Positions 42,186 through 54,693 of a DNA stretch of 64,000 nt are shown here, piece by piece. Positions within the stretch are counted from its first letter, which is position 1. Every line of letters begins with the position of its first letter. The position numbers and the translations under genes are program-made. Under the pieces are notes generated by a model. The model made no database searches. It had not been told where the DNA came from and worked only from the letters and a program-made list of their open reading frames with translations. This DNA comes from Candidatus Bathyarchaeota archaeon (GTDB lineage: Archaea > Thermoproteota > Bathyarchaeia > 40CM-2-53-6), in the NCBI GenBank assembly GCA_963833125.1, contig CAWHWX010000032.1, forward strand, positions 16,187 to 80,186, in the 5' to 3' direction.

Positions 42186-43378
42186 ATGCCTAACCTGAAA
42201 AAATATGAATTACCCTTTCCGCTCTCCGAATACAAAGACCGATTGCAGAGACTAAAGAGACGCAATGCACGTAGCGGATGTGGACGTTGCGCTCATTGAG
42301 GGTCTCCGCGACCTCTACTGGTTAACTGGAACGAGGATCATCGAAGAACAGGGCCCGGGCGATAATCAACTCATCATCTGGGATGGCGAGCCCATAATGG
42401 TGGTTCGACACCTCGAAGCGTTCGCGAGTAAGTGCTCGACTTGGATTAATGAATGGAAGGAGTACACGGATGAAGGGCCTATCAACCCATATGACCCAAT
42501 AGCGAAGGTCGCTGGAAACTCTCAAAGATCATCGACTAGGAAGAAAACGGATAGGAGTCAACTTTAGACTGATGACGCTTGAGCACCATGACAGGCTAAA
42601 ACAACTTCTGCCTGACGCCGAGATCCAAGACTTCCGCGCCGAGTAACAAGGTATCGTGAAATCTAGGCTTGAGCAGGAATGCCAGTTTAGGGCTGCGAAA
42701 TTAACCAGGATGCTTTGATGGCGACGATAAATGAGATGCAGATCGGTTGGAGTCAACAGGAGATTGAAGACTGCATCGTCCGTTACCAGATAAAATCTCT
42801 CGGTAGCGAGTTTGAAAGGATGGGTGAGCCTGACATGCTCTGCAGAGTTGGGCAAGACAACTTGCAAATGCACCAGACCGTATGGGGAGGGGAGGCGAGG
42901 CAAGCCAAGATAACACACGGGGATATCGTCTACTTAGAGCCAGGAACGTACATCAAGAGATACGCCGGAACAATGGTGCGAATGATATTCTTCGGCAAAC
43001 CCTCCTGCTGCCGTCAGGAGGTCGTGCGAGTCGAGTATAGAGGCTCTGAACCGTGCAATTGAAGCGACTGCGCCTGGGAGGACTGCGCATGAAGTGGACA
43101 AAGCTGGACGAGACTACTTTGTGAAAATGGGCCTTGACTGCCAAGGGAGAATGGGTTATTCATGCGGAATCGATTGGTCAGAAGCTAACACGATGTCCAT
43201 CGAACCCAACAACCCTCTAGTCTTGAAGCCGTGGACACATTCTTCATTATGTATCCCTCAACTATCTGCCAGATTGGGGATACATAGGCGCTAGCGAACA
43301 GATTCTGGTTACGAGAGAAGGCACGAAGTCCTCGCTGATCGTGACCGAACGTGCCCCAGAATTCTCTTCACAAAATAA
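42186..43378 (+). CDS. M24 peptidase/creatinase/EutD-like hydrolase, multiply frameshifted
   Basis: LPFPLSEY..RL, DLYWLTG, GDIVYLE and GYSCGI motifs across several ORFs. Confidence 0.75.
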
Positions 43379-43850
43379 GACACACGTTATGAATTCTGGT
43401 CTCTGTTCTCGCGGAACGCATTTCTCATTTTCTTTTTCATGGATGTCTCGCATGCGGCGACTGGACCTCGTTCGATCTTCAGCTCCTTTAGCCTGCCCTC
43501 ATTGAATCGATATTCACGTTTGCATGAATCGCACCGGAAGCAAAACTCATCAACATCGACCTTCAAGTAACCGCCTACTTCGGTTTACCTTAACCAAATG
43601 GCTTATGGCAATCCAGGCCATCTGTCGAATTAGATTCAATTTCCAAATACGCTGCAACTCAGCGCCACAAATACACTTGGTCGGCTGGAAAAGGTTCTTC
43701 AGTCTGAGAAGAAATTTCTGGGGCGAAAGAGTCAAACCAAAAGAGATTGAGCAGCAACAAGAGAGAACTCCCAGCACCACATTTGACACAGCATATAACT
43801 ATTAGGAGCGTGCATGATTTTATTGACTATCGCAGTCCGGGAGATGATCG

Positions 43851-45446
43851 ATGATAAACAAGAAGACCAAAAGGAAAGGTTCAACGAAGATTCCGAGAAT
43901 TACTTATGCGACGCTAAAAGTGACACCTCAAGACGACAAGGCTTACGATGATGCAGTAGTCCGAGTAAGGACTAAGCTCGGCGGGCACTTCGCCATGCTC
44001 ATCAACGGCAAGGAGCGATTCTCAGCTGAGGAGATGGCGCACGCTAGCCCTGTGGACACAAGAGCAATCGTCAGTTACTTTCCCAAGGGAACACGTGATG
44101 ATGTGAAGTCGGCGATTGCGGCGGCTAGACAAGCATACCCAAATTGGGCTGCTATGCCATACAGTGATCGAATCGCAATCTTACGTAAAGCAGCTGAACT
44201 GATGATTGAAAGGCGTTACGAGCTGTCAGCCTGGATGGCCTTTGAGGTGGGCAAGAACCGCTCCGAATCCCTGGCGGAAGTTAACGAAGCTGCGGAGCTG
44301 ATCCGTTACTACTGCGACCAGATGTTACGCAACAAGGGTTTCTTACGTCCACTTGAATCGCCCGGTCCAGGACAGAAGACTTACAGCGTCTTGCGTCCAT
44401 ATGGGGTATGGGCGGTAATAGGTCCTTGGAACTTTCCCTTTTCATTAGCCGCTGGGATGTCTGCTGGTGCACTCATTGCGGGTAACACTGTTGTGTTCAA
44501 ACCTTCGAGCGACTCACCGGTACTTGGATTTGAGCTCTGTAGAGCATTTGTTGACGCTGGCCTTCCGCCTGGGGTATTCAACTTCGTGACTGGACCCGGG
44601 GAACAGTTGGGGCTGAATTGCGAGATAATCAGGAGATTGATGGACTTGTCTTCACTGGGTCGAAGGACGTAGGGTTGGAGATTTATCACCACTTTACACG
44701 AGGCTACCCTAAGCCGGTGATTACAGAAATGGGGGGAAAGAACCCAGTCATAGTTACTGCTTCAGCGGACCTCGACTCGGCCGCGGAAGGAGTCATGCGT
44801 GCAGCCTTTGGTTATGGAGGGCAGAGATGCGCAGCATGTTCTCTCGTTTATGTGGACCAGCATGTTAAAACCAACTTCGTCGAACTCCTGAAGAAGTACA
44901 CTCTAGAATACGTGAAGATTGGCAATCCTACACACAAGGAAACCTTCTTGGGGCCAATAATCAACAAGGCTGCTGTGGAAACCTATTTGCAAGCAGTCGA
45001 AGAAGCGAGTCTGCGCTTCCGGGCGATTTTTAGCCGGAGGCAAAGTACTATCAACTGACGAGTGCAGAAACGGTTACTTCGTGGAACCAACAATTGTGGA
45101 TGGCCTTCCTCCATCTCATCGATTAATCAAAGAAGAATTGTTTGTTCCATTTCTTGTAATCACAGGGGTGGAATCATTCGACGAAGCCCTGAGACTCGCG
45201 AACCAGAACGAATTCGGACTCTGTGCGGGAATCTATACAAGGAACGAAGATGAATTGCGCATTTTCTTCAACGAAATACAGGCTGGCGTTACATATTCGA
45301 ATATACGTGCGGGTGCAACTACAGGTGCTTGGCCTGGGATCAACTCTTTCGGAGGATGGAAGGGCAGCGGTTCCACGGGCAAGAACTGGCGCAAGGGCCG
45401 TATTACCTGCAACAATTCATGCGTGAGCAGTCGCGGTGGATCGTAA
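43851..45446 (+). CDS. Aldehyde dehydrogenase (P5C dehydrogenase/RocA-like), frameshifted
   Basis: IGPWNFP, FTGS, EMGGKN, GQRCAA, EELFVP and FGGWKGSG motifs. Confidence 0.88.
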
Positions 45447-45576
45447 CCTCTATAAGAACAGTTCATGACATCGGATTTGAGGACGGTTCTCCAGACATGC
45501 TACCCTGTTTTCTAGTAACTACACTTATTGTTAATTGAGTTGCATTCACACAAGTTGTTTATCGGAAGACACGTTC

Positions 45577-46530
45577 ATGGTTCGATTTGGTGCCGTCATT
45601 CCTCAGCATGGTCGTACTTATGAAGAAATCAAGCTTATTGCCTCAGAAAGCGGAGAAATTGGGGTTCGACTCCGTCTGGATCTATGATCACTTGTTTTGG
45701 TCAAGCGAACCCTTCCTCGAAGCGTGGACCACATTGTCTTCTCTCGCACGTGACGTCCCGAGAGTTCGTCTAGGAACATTGGTCACCTGCTACGCGTATT
45801 GACATCCGTCTATTATGGCCAAAATAGCGGCCAGTCTAGACAACATCTCGAAAGGTAGACTTGACCTGGGGTTGGGAGCAGGGAGTAGTCTGCCGGTTCA
45901 CGAGCAAGAAATGACTTCTTTCGGCTTTACATTTCCTGAACGAAATGTGAGATTCGATCAGCTCCGCGAGTATATCGCCCTGATTAGAGAGATGTGGACG
46001 AGCGATGAAGCAACGTACAGAGGGCAATACTATAGCGTAAACAGGGCCATTTGCAATCCGAAACCTCTACAGAAACCCGGTCCTCCTATCGTTGTCGCTG
46101 GCACCGGGCAAAAGATACTACGAACCGTTGTCGATCTTGCCGATGGTCTGAACTATTGGGGGAGTACGGAAGAATATTCAAAAATTATTACGACTTTGAA
46201 TCGGTTATGTGTTTCGGGCGGATGTGACCCTAGTACCATAGAAAAATCCTGGCACCTAACGGGTCTGATCGAAGAAGGTTCTGAAGCGGCTGTAAAGAAA
46301 TTGGGATATCTCAAGAGGAACGCTAAGACGCTTTACGGCGAAAAATCCATCGAGTCGGCGTTCGGCGGTTCTCCGGATGATTGGACTCAGCTCTGCGCTA
46401 GAGGCGTTAGAATCGGAATTTCTTCCATCCAAGTTTGGTTTCTGGATGCGATCGAGCTCACTCCTCTTCGGATCTTTGCGGGGAAGTCGTGCCTGCTGTG
46501 AAGCAATACGCGCTCAGTCTAGGCCATTGA
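45577..46530 (+). pseudogene. LLM-class oxidoreductase with frameshifts and an internal stop
   Basis: GFDSVWIYDH, EAWTTL, GRLDLGLGAG, PKPLQKP; TGA at 45800-45802. Confidence 0.8.
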
Positions 46531-46662
46531 AGTGGGAGCTGCAAACTTAGGATCTGAAGTGAGTAAATGTTTGTAATATAAGACCCAAACCTTCATGCAA
46601 TGGCGGAAGGGATGCAAGCCTCAAAATGTTTATGGCACGAGTAGATCGAACGATTCTCGTCA

Positions 46663-47777
46663 CTACAAAATTCGTGATTCTCGATTCGTCTTCGACAGAA
46701 TCTCCGGGCCATGGTCTGTAACTAGCACCATGTCTTCGATCCTAACTCCCACCTTATTGGGAATTGTCAAGCCTACTTCACACATCATCACCATATCCTC
46801 TTGGAAGACTTGGTCTGTCTTAGGGCTCATTTCCGGAGTCTCACGTACTTCAAGACCGATTCCATGGCTAATGTGAAACTGTTCGTATTTAGTTTCCTGG
46901 ACGACTCTTTTTGCAGATTCATAGACACTGAACATTTTGTTTCCAGATCGGATTTCTCCGACAGCAGCATTGAACATGGCACCAAGAACGTCAAGTATAT
47001 CCTCTTGTTCATCCGAAGTGTGTTCCAATTGTGCCTATCCGGGTCAGTACTCCACAGTAGCCAGATATTCTGGCTCCAAGATTTATCACTAATGTGTCTC
47101 CATGAACTAATCTTCTATGACTCGGTTGCGCGGCTTGCCAAGCCGTTCTTTCACCAGAGAAGACTTCAGGAGGAAATGGTAACTCATCTGCGCCGTGAAC
47201 TCTTACAGCATTTACCCCTGCCATGGCTACCTCGACCTCCGTTTTTCCGTTTGCGGCTGTTTCAAATGCAGCTTCGATGCCAATTTCACTTAGAGTTTCG
47301 GCATTTTGTAGTATTTGAATTTCGGATTGGCTCTTAATCATCCGCTCTTGCTGTATTATGCTGGTATGTTCAAACGATGCTTTTGGGATGAATCTGCTCA
47401 AATCCGAATAGATTCTTTGGGGTAGCAAAAACAAATTTCTAGACCAATCCTTGGTTTTTCGCCTGTCACCATTTGAGAAACGGTTTCTCCGAAGTTTACT
47501 GCCACTTCAACATCGGCAATCCTACACTGCCGACTCGCTCGTTGCAGATCCAACGAAGTCTCTCACCCAAGAGTAGCTTAGAATTTCCACTCTTTGAAAT
47601 GAAAAATGCCCATTCACCCATAGGATACGAGTAGTCGCACATGTATCTGACCGCCCCTGGTCCGTGAAAAACGTCAGGATTCCCGTACACGAACAATCCG
47701 TCTAAGTGCTCCTTCTCCATTCTCCGGGTCACCCTCACTTCTCTAGCCAAGAACTCTTCATTGGAGATGCTCGCCAT
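46663..47777 (-). CDS. M24 (Xaa-Pro peptidase-like) hydrolase, frameshifted
   Basis: RMIKSQSEI, SHGIGLEVRE and GVRIEDMVLVT motifs. Confidence 0.83.
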
Positions 47778-47909
47778 TCCTGCGCTCGTACTTTTCGCAC
47801 AACACAACTCATTCATCAGCGGGTGTCTTTTGCCGGTTAAGATCCCTGAACGATGACGTTGTGATAAACGATCCATGGTGGTGCGATTTACATCAATTGG
47901 CCTTAAGCG

Positions 47910-49011
47910 TTCTAGATCTAACTTTGAACCTCTCGACCGATGCACGATCAAGTTCTACGCCCAATCCCGGTTTATCAGGAGCCTCGAGCATCCCGTCCTT
48001 CGGAATCCGATAGCCACTAAACAATTGATCCTCAAGTCTAATGCCCTCCTCGGCGGAAAGAATTCCAACATCAGAACATTTGGATCGGAAGCGCCAAGAT
48101 GAATGTTGATTTCTTGCGCATTATGAGGCGTGATTCGGAATCCCGAAGGCTGAGGCGAAGTTGGCAATCTTGATCCATTCGCTTATGCCGCCGCATATAG
48201 CAGCATCGGGCTGTATGATGTCGACGGCCTTGTTTTCAATTAGGTCTCGGAAGCCGTATCGTAAGTACTCAAGTTCGCCCGAAGCTATTGGGGTGTGCAG
48301 ACTCGCAGCAACCTTGGCACTTCCTCTCAGATCCTCTGGCCAAACAGGTTCTTCTAACCAGAAAATATCAAATTTCTCAAATTCGCGTCCAGCGAGTATC
48401 GCGGAATTAGAGTCGTAGGCGTTATTTGCATCTACGATTAGGGTGCCATCTGGACCTAGTACTTCTCGTGCTGCCTTGACTCTTTCGATATCCTTTGACA
48501 GGCGTTCTCCTCCGACTTTGATTTTCACCGCTGTGAAACCCATATCTAAGTAGCTACTCACCTCCTGCGCGAGTCCCGCTACGTTCTTCGACTCCAAGTA
48601 ATATCCTCCACTGGCATAACAAGGAACATACTTTCGATAGCCGCCGAGCATTTTCCAGATCGGTAAATTCAGGTATTTCCCAATCAAATCCCATATCGCG
48701 ATGTCGACAGCTCCTAGTGCAACTATTGGTATTCCTTTTCTCTCCCGGTATACCTCTCGATACATGTTTGTCCAAATTCTCTCACGATTCATGGGATCCT
48801 CGCCGATTACCGATTTAGCGAGCTGGGATTCAACGACGTTGCTGACTCCTTCTGAGACACCAAACCCAACTACTGCAAGTCCATCCAGACTGCTATCGGT
48901 GTGCAATTCGACTATTGTGAAGTCGCGTTGTTTGACTTCTCTAGTGGCGAAACGAATGGGATGTTCATACGGCAAGGAGACGGCAGTTGTTCGTAGCTCT
49001 GTGACGATCAT
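47910..49011 (-). CDS. Mandelate racemase/muconate lactonizing enzyme family (C-terminus frameshifted)
   Basis: DIAIWDLIGK, YASGG, KIKVG, VDAN, WLEEP and IASGE motifs. Confidence 0.9.
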
Positions 49012-49263
49012 TGATTCTTCAGTCCTGTCGTCTCAGGATAAAACCAGGTATCTCCGCTGAGAATTCTTTCGAACATAGCGTATTTAGCCGAGCGGATGAG
49101 ATGGCTAGCGGTGGCGCAAAGCGACCGGTTGCTGAGGGTACTAACCTTAGACCCAAAGCTTCCTCAGTCGAGTCATCTCTGTTGAAACCCTCTGCCACTT
49201 TGCATTCAATACGCAAGACACATCGGTATTGCGTGGTTGATCTCGTTTGTACCATGGGCTCAT

Positions 49264-50373
49264 TCACATACAAAGGATTCTTTTCGCGTTCTCTATAGTC
49301 ATATAATCAACTTGTTTGCCTGATACCCCTCCTAGTCTCAGCAGCGGTACGATGTGTTCAAGAATGTGTGAATAGCCGTGACCTCCATACTTCTTTAGGA
49401 ACACCTTTTCGCAGAGATCAGTGGAGAGAGTGATCTGCTTTTCAAAGCCTTTCTCGCAAAGTGCCTTCACCAACTCAAGCCTTTCTGGATCCGTAGCGCT
49501 CCTAGCACCGGGGTACGAGAACAAGCCACCCCACACTTCCATTCCCCATGTATCAAGGCCCAAAGTGATGCCCCTATCAAGTAACTTCTCGGCATATTTG
49601 ACGTAATCTGGCAGATAGCAAGACCAGTCTGCATGGCTTAAGTAGAACTTTGTTGGGTCTGCACCCTCTTTCTCTATCAGATCTACGTATTCTTCGCCTG
49701 CCGTTACTGCTTTCATCTTGGAGGTATCCCTCAACGAGGGATGAAAAGTAAATGCTACCTTAGTGATCCTCTGTGTGCGACACGCTGCTCTAAGCACCTT
49801 CTCCTCTTCGGGATGCCATGGAACGGGTTCACTACAACCGCACTCACCTATGACCCCTGCTTTCACTCCAGTAGTGCCTATGCCCTCTGTTATTTCTTTG
49901 ATCATCACTTGGGCAAGTTGGTCCGAATCAGCCTTCCTAACAAAAGCTGGGTGGGTAATGTGGGTATAAAATCCCGTTCCAGCAATGATATTTAACCCGG
50001 TCAAAGCAGAGATGCGTCTTAGACCCAAAGGATCCCTTCCAATCCCAGGAAGGGACTGGTCGACAATCGTCCTGCCTCCCCACTTCTTGAATTCCATTAG
50101 TTCGTCTTCGATAAGCCGTTCGTCATTCAACATGACGTTATCTTTGCAAAAAATTTCGCCTCGCTTTATCTTGCCCAACAATTCCATGCTCACGGGTTCG
50201 TCGACATAGCGCATTGATGAAGCTTCAATTGGATGACTAAGATTAGCGAGCATGTGTTTCGACCAAATCGACATGTCGAGCAGGACATGTTCATGCAATG
50301 TCGTTACGCCAAACTGCTCAGGAGTGATTCGTCCCCAAACAGTCTCAGCAAAGGTCATGTGAGTATTCCACAT
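49264..50373 (-). CDS. Phosphotriesterase-family amidohydrolase
   Basis: TTLHEH, GRDP, AGTGFY, GVIGE and YGGHGY motifs. Confidence 0.92.
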   Translation of the reverse strand: MWNTHMTFAETVWGRITPEQFGVTTLHEHVLLDMSIWSKHMLANLSHPIEASSMRYVDEPVSMELLGKIKRGEIFCKDNVMLNDERLIEDELMEFKKWGGRTIVDQSLPGIGRDPLGLRRISALTGLNIIAGTGFYTHITHPAFVRKADSDQLAQVMIKEITEGIGTTGVKAGVIGECGCSEPVPWHPEEEKVLRAACRTQRITKVAFTFHPSLRDTSKMKAVTAGEEYVDLIEKEGADPTKFYLSHADWSCYLPDYVKYAEKLLDRGITLGLDTWGMEVWGGLFSYPGARSATDPERLELVKALCEKGFEKQITLSTDLCEKVFLKKYGGHGYSHILEHIVPLLRLGGVSGKQVDYMTIENAKRILCM

Positions 50374-50434
50374 TTCATAAATGGATTCGCATTCATGTGA
50401 ATTCTTCTAATCCGTTGGCCGTTACTCATCAATG

Positions 50435-51270
50435 TCACTCCACATCGGCCCTGAGAGTGCCTAATCCGACAAATTCGTCAAGACCAGTGACCTTCTCGAC
50501 GAGAAACAAAATGGCGAGAGTAAGCGCCATTAGTATGCCTGAGGCGGCCGCGAGAGTAAGGTCGAATTGTGCTCGCATATTGGAGAATAGAACGACTGGA
50601 AGCGTCGACATAAAAGGGTCTACGAGGAACACACTAACCGAAACGTCGTCCAAGGACGCTGCAAACGCAAAACTGCGGCCGCGATCACACCTGGCCTGAT
50701 CAAGGGCAAGGTGATTTTGAAGAAGGTAGTTGCTTGATTTGCACCCAGGTTCCGCGCCGCTTCTTCAAGAGACCGATCAAAGCCAGTCAATGTCGCAGAT
50801 ATTGCCCTGACCGCATAAGGGAGGGTGATTACGATGTGGGCGATTAGTAGTCTAGCAAAGGTAATTCTGAATCCCATTAAGGAAAAGAGACCAAGTAAAG
50901 CATAGCCCAATACGATTCCGGGCGCTATCAATGGTGAGAGGAGGAGGGTGTTAAGAGTTTCTTTCCCCCGAAATTTGTATCGCGTCAGGCCATATGAGGC
51001 TAGCATGCCTATTACGACGGACAAAACGCAGCTCATGGTAGCTAGAACAAGACTTGTTTGCAAACCTGCGACAAACATTTGATTTGCCCAGAATCTTTGG
51101 TACCACTTGATAGAGAATCCAGTGGGCGGCCAGTTCCCCAGATAATTCCGAGAATCAAAAGAGATTATGATTGTGCTTACTATGGGAAACAACAGTATGA
51201 TTTGAGTAGTAACGATGACTAAAGCGACGAGAACAGAGCCGAATTTGTCGAAACTGAGTTTGCTTACCAA
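50435..51270 (-). CDS. ABC transporter permease (PotC-like), frameshift near 50660
   Basis: LEEAARNLGA EAA motif; TM helices. Confidence 0.88.
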
Positions 51271-52134
51271 CTAGCCGAATCCCCTAATCCTACTCGAAAG
51301 AATTCTACTCAAACCATAGGCGACGAACACGGTTGTAGCGAGAAGGACGATTGACATTGCTGACCCCGCCGGAAAGTTGAAGGTTTCTGAGAAACTCGTG
51401 TAGATAACATTGGACATCATCAAAATAATGCCTCGTCCTAGGAAGGCGGGTATGATAAAGGCGCTTACGCCCAAGGAGTAGGACAATAGTGTCGCTGCAA
51501 GAATTCCGGGCATACTCAGGGGTAATGTGACCCGGATGAATGTTCGTAACTTTGTTGCCCCAAGGTTGAGAGCGGCCTCTTCCAAAGATGGATCAATGTT
51601 CTTAATTGGGCCAATTAATGCAAAAGCGACCATGCCAACGAGGAAATATACTAGGCCAAAAATAACAGCCCGGTCAGTCCCGAGCCATCTAACTGAACCT
51701 AAGCCTGCAAACGTAAAGATGGAGTTTATCAATCCATTATCGCCGAAAACTATCAACAACGCAAACACCTTGACCATGCTACTGGTAAAGAAGACGGTCA
51801 CGAGGATCGCAAGAAGGAATTTCCTAATTCTAGAAGAGGTCGTTCGCGCGATCTTATAGGCCAGAGGGTATCCAAGCAGAAGAGCGATTGCTGTGGCAAT
51901 ACCCGATAGTTCTAGGGACCCTAGGATGATTCCAACATAGACATGCGTTGTCACAAAGTACTGGAGATAATTGTTGAAGGTAAACACATAGGGCTCACTC
52001 GTGATCGTTCCCGGAACGTAAGTCTGGAAACTCTGCTCAAAAAGTGTTGCCACGCCTCCAAGCATAAAGAAACCTATGATAATTACAGCAGGTAGCAATA
52101 GTAAGATATGGAGGGTCCGATTGCGGCGCGGCAA
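51271..52134 (-). CDS. ABC transporter permease (PotB-like)
   Basis: LLGYPLAY and LEEAALNLGA motifs. Confidence 0.9.
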   Translation of the reverse strand: MPRRNRTLHILLLLPAVIIIGFFMLGGVATLFEQSFQTYVPGTITSEPYVFTFNNYLQYFVTTHVYVGIILGSLELSGIATAIALLLGYPLAYKIARTTSSRIRKFLLAILVTVFFTSSMVKVFALLIVFGDNGLINSIFTFAGLGSVRWLGTDRAVIFGLVYFLVGMVAFALIGPIKNIDPSLEEAALNLGATKLRTFIRVTLPLSMPGILAATLLSYSLGVSAFIIPAFLGRGIILMMSNVIYTSFSETFNFPAGSAMSIVLLATTVFVAYGLSRILSSRIRGFG

Positions 52135-52140
52135 CCCGAA

Positions 52141-53238
52141 TCAGTCTCCATCGGCGGAAAGAATGACGCTGTTGCTCTCATCCCAAGCAACAAAAATCTC
52201 ATCTCCCGAATGGCGAAGACCTGGCAATCCTTGGATCCTGTCTTCCACAATAAGCCGTTGTTCTCCAACTAGAATTCGATACGTGACATCGGACCCAGCA
52301 TAAATTACGTCTTCGATTATGCCCTTAAACGAATTCTTGGCCGCGACAGGTCTGGTTGATATCTGAATTCGTTCTGGTCGGATCGAAACCTTGACGGCCA
52401 TCCCTTCTCCACGATGGCTTGAGTGGCTTGAGACGATTATCAATCCATTATCGATAGACACTTCGGCAAAACCGTCATTAACGGATCTAATAGTTCCTGA
52501 CAAGATATTTGCGTCTCCCAGGAACTGCGCCACAAATTCGTTGGCCGGTCGCTCATATACCTCTGTAGGCGACCCAATCTGCATGAGCTTTCCTTTATTG
52601 ATTACAGCAAGCTTATCAGACATAGTTAGCGCTTCACCCTGATCATGTGTGACATAGATCATCGTTACTCCGGTACGTTTTTGAATTGACTTTAGTTCAA
52701 GCCTCATCGCCTGTCGTAGCTTGAGATCGAGATTACTCAAAGGCTCGTCCAAAAGAAGTACATCAGGTTCTATTACCAGCGCTCTGGCCAAAGCAATCCT
52801 TTGCTGCTGACCCCCACTTAGCTGCCTAGGATAACGCTCTTCCAGTTGTCGGAGCTGCACTAATTCAAGTACTTCCTTAACCTTGCGATGTATTTCCTGC
52901 TCCTGGGTTCTCCTCATACGGAGGCCGAAAGCGACGTTTTCGAAGACGTTCATGTGAGGAAATAGCGCATAGTTCTGAAAAAACATGGCCGTATTACGAA
53001 GATTCGGAGGTCTGTCATTGATCCGTTCCCCTTTGATGAAGATTGAGCCGGAAGTGGGTGAAACGAATCCTGCTACCATTCTAAGCGCTGTGGTTTTTCC
53101 ACAGCCACTAGGACCTACCAGTGTTAAGAGTTCTCCTTTTTCGACCTCCAAATCAAGGCTATCTACGGCAAGCACCGAACCGTAACTCTTGCTCACGTCA
53201 TCAAACTCAACGTGCCAAGGACCCAACCTGCGAAACAC
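52141..53238 (-). CDS. ABC transporter ATPase (PotA-like)
   Basis: GPSGCGKT, LSGGQQQR, LLLDEP; TOBE-like tail. Confidence 0.95.
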   Translation of the reverse strand: MFRRLGPWHVEFDDVSKSYGSVLAVDSLDLEVEKGELLTLVGPSGCGKTTALRMVAGFVSPTSGSIFIKGERINDRPPNLRNTAMFFQNYALFPHMNVFENVAFGLRMRRTQEQEIHRKVKEVLELVQLRQLEERYPRQLSGGQQQRIALARALVIEPDVLLLDEPLSNLDLKLRQAMRLELKSIQKRTGVTMIYVTHDQGEALTMSDKLAVINKGKLMQIGSPTEVYERPANEFVAQFLGDANILSGTIRSVNDGFAEVSIDNGLIIVSSHSSHRGEGMAVKVSIRPERIQISTRPVAAKNSFKGIIEDVIYAGSDVTYRILVGEQRLIVEDRIQGLPGLRHSGDEIFVAWDESNSVILSADGD

Positions 53239-53285
53239 GGGCCCATTTGCTAATAATTAACTGTTAATCGCACTACGACTCTTGT

Positions 53286-54467
53286 TTAGCTTGTCTTTAT
53301 CAATGGCAGAATATCAGTTTCGAACTTGGTTTCCCATGCATCTGTGACTGTGGAGATGTAAACATAATCTGGAATGTAACCAATGCTGTCGATTTCCGCA
53401 GAGGTCGAGTAGAACACGTCCAAACCCGATGGAACCGTTGCCTTCGTGCAAAGAGGCGGTTCTCCAACGCCAGCAGCATACTGCGAAATAACAGGTCCAG
53501 TTAGCCAGTAGTTGAGCCAATCGTACGCTTCGTCAACTCTAGGGCTGTCCTTCATTATGCACCAACCCTCGAGATTAGCGAACGACCTGACTACTTTATT
53601 CTTGTCTCTCTTTATGGGTATGTTCTGAGCTTTCACGGCGATCGCGTCAGAGAAACCTCCGACATCTGTGATCCAAGCGTCTCCGGACGTAAGTAGTTGA
53701 ACCACTTCGGCTTCGGAGTTATAGACAGTACCAACGTTGCCCGACTGCGCTAGCTTTGTAAGAAAGTTCCAGCCAGGGTCGGGGTTCTTCTCATTCCCCC
53801 CAAACTGCAGCGCAGGAAGCCACACAATATCTCCAGAGCTAACAGTCATTGGATGTATAGCCACCTTGCCCTTCAACCGGGGATCCAAGAGTTTGTTGAA
53901 GTCGTCAAATGGTTGAAGATCCTTCGGGAATAGATCCTCTCGATATACATATCCACCCTCATTTGTAGTGTGACCAATTGCAACGACTTCTCCCGACTTA
54001 GGTCCAGTGAAATACGCAGACTGAGGGAAGTCATTATATCCAGAGATTTTGTCGGGAGTGAGTGGGGCTAGCCAACCTTCTTCATCCATTGCAGCCCAGA
54101 CGGGATTCCAAGCATTTATGGAGTCTCTATTTATGACTGGAAGATCGGCTTTAATCCTATCAATGACGGTGGCCGATCCGCCTACATGGAGTTCAAACCT
54201 GACGGGGATTCCCGTCTGCTGAGTGAAGGCGTTGGCAAGTGGTTGTGTAGCTTCTATATACGGACTACCCCACGTGACTAATTCCAGGACTGGTTTTCCC
54301 TGGTTTGATTGGCTCGGTGTGAACATTTGACTAGCGTAGTAGCCTGCGCTTCCGGCTACAACCGCCGAGGCACCAGCTGCGATACCAACTTTGGCGACGG
54401 TACTCAGCGCTTCGCGCCGGGACATTCGCCTTTCAAAAATTCCTTGCGGATTATTCGAATTAGTCAC
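53286..54467 (-). CDS. ABC substrate-binding protein (PotD-like) with twin-arginine signal
   Basis: SRREAL plus hydrophobic stretch; TWG; DPRLKGKV. Confidence 0.88.
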   Translation of the reverse strand: MTNSNNPQGIFERRMSRREALSTVAKVGIAAGASAVVAGSAGYYASQMFTPSQSNQGKPVLELVTWGSPYIEATQPLANAFTQQTGIPVRFELHVGGSATVIDRIKADLPVINRDSINAWNPVWAAMDEEGWLAPLTPDKISGYNDFPQSAYFTGPKSGEVVAIGHTTNEGGYVYREDLFPKDLQPFDDFNKLLDPRLKGKVAIHPMTVSSGDIVWLPALQFGGNEKNPDPGWNFLTKLAQSGNVGTVYNSEAEVVQLLTSGDAWITDVGGFSDAIAVKAQNIPIKRDKNKVVRSFANLEGWCIMKDSPRVDEAYDWLNYWLTGPVISQYAAGVGEPPLCTKATVPSGLDVFYSTSAEIDSIGYIPDYVYISTVTDAWETKFETDILPLIKTS

Positions 54468-54693
54468 TGATTACCAAAACCGTAACAAATACTGAGCGTA
54501 GTTTGGTATATAACACTATTCCTGTCAAATGGCCAAAGAAGTAGTTGCCCTATTGGACAAACATGATATTTGGTGCCGATATTTGGACAAACATTACATT
54601 GTTCGTACTCTTCCAAACCCATATATTTTCGGTTCTAGGAACTTGTTGTAGACCTTCTGGCAAACAATCAACTTCAAAGGTATAGGGTGTTGA

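Noticed and set aside
47205-47212. Alternative distal end ACA-GCATT
   Set aside because: Lies inside an M24 gene with no TGACA-type sites upstream; an 8-mer match is expected by chance
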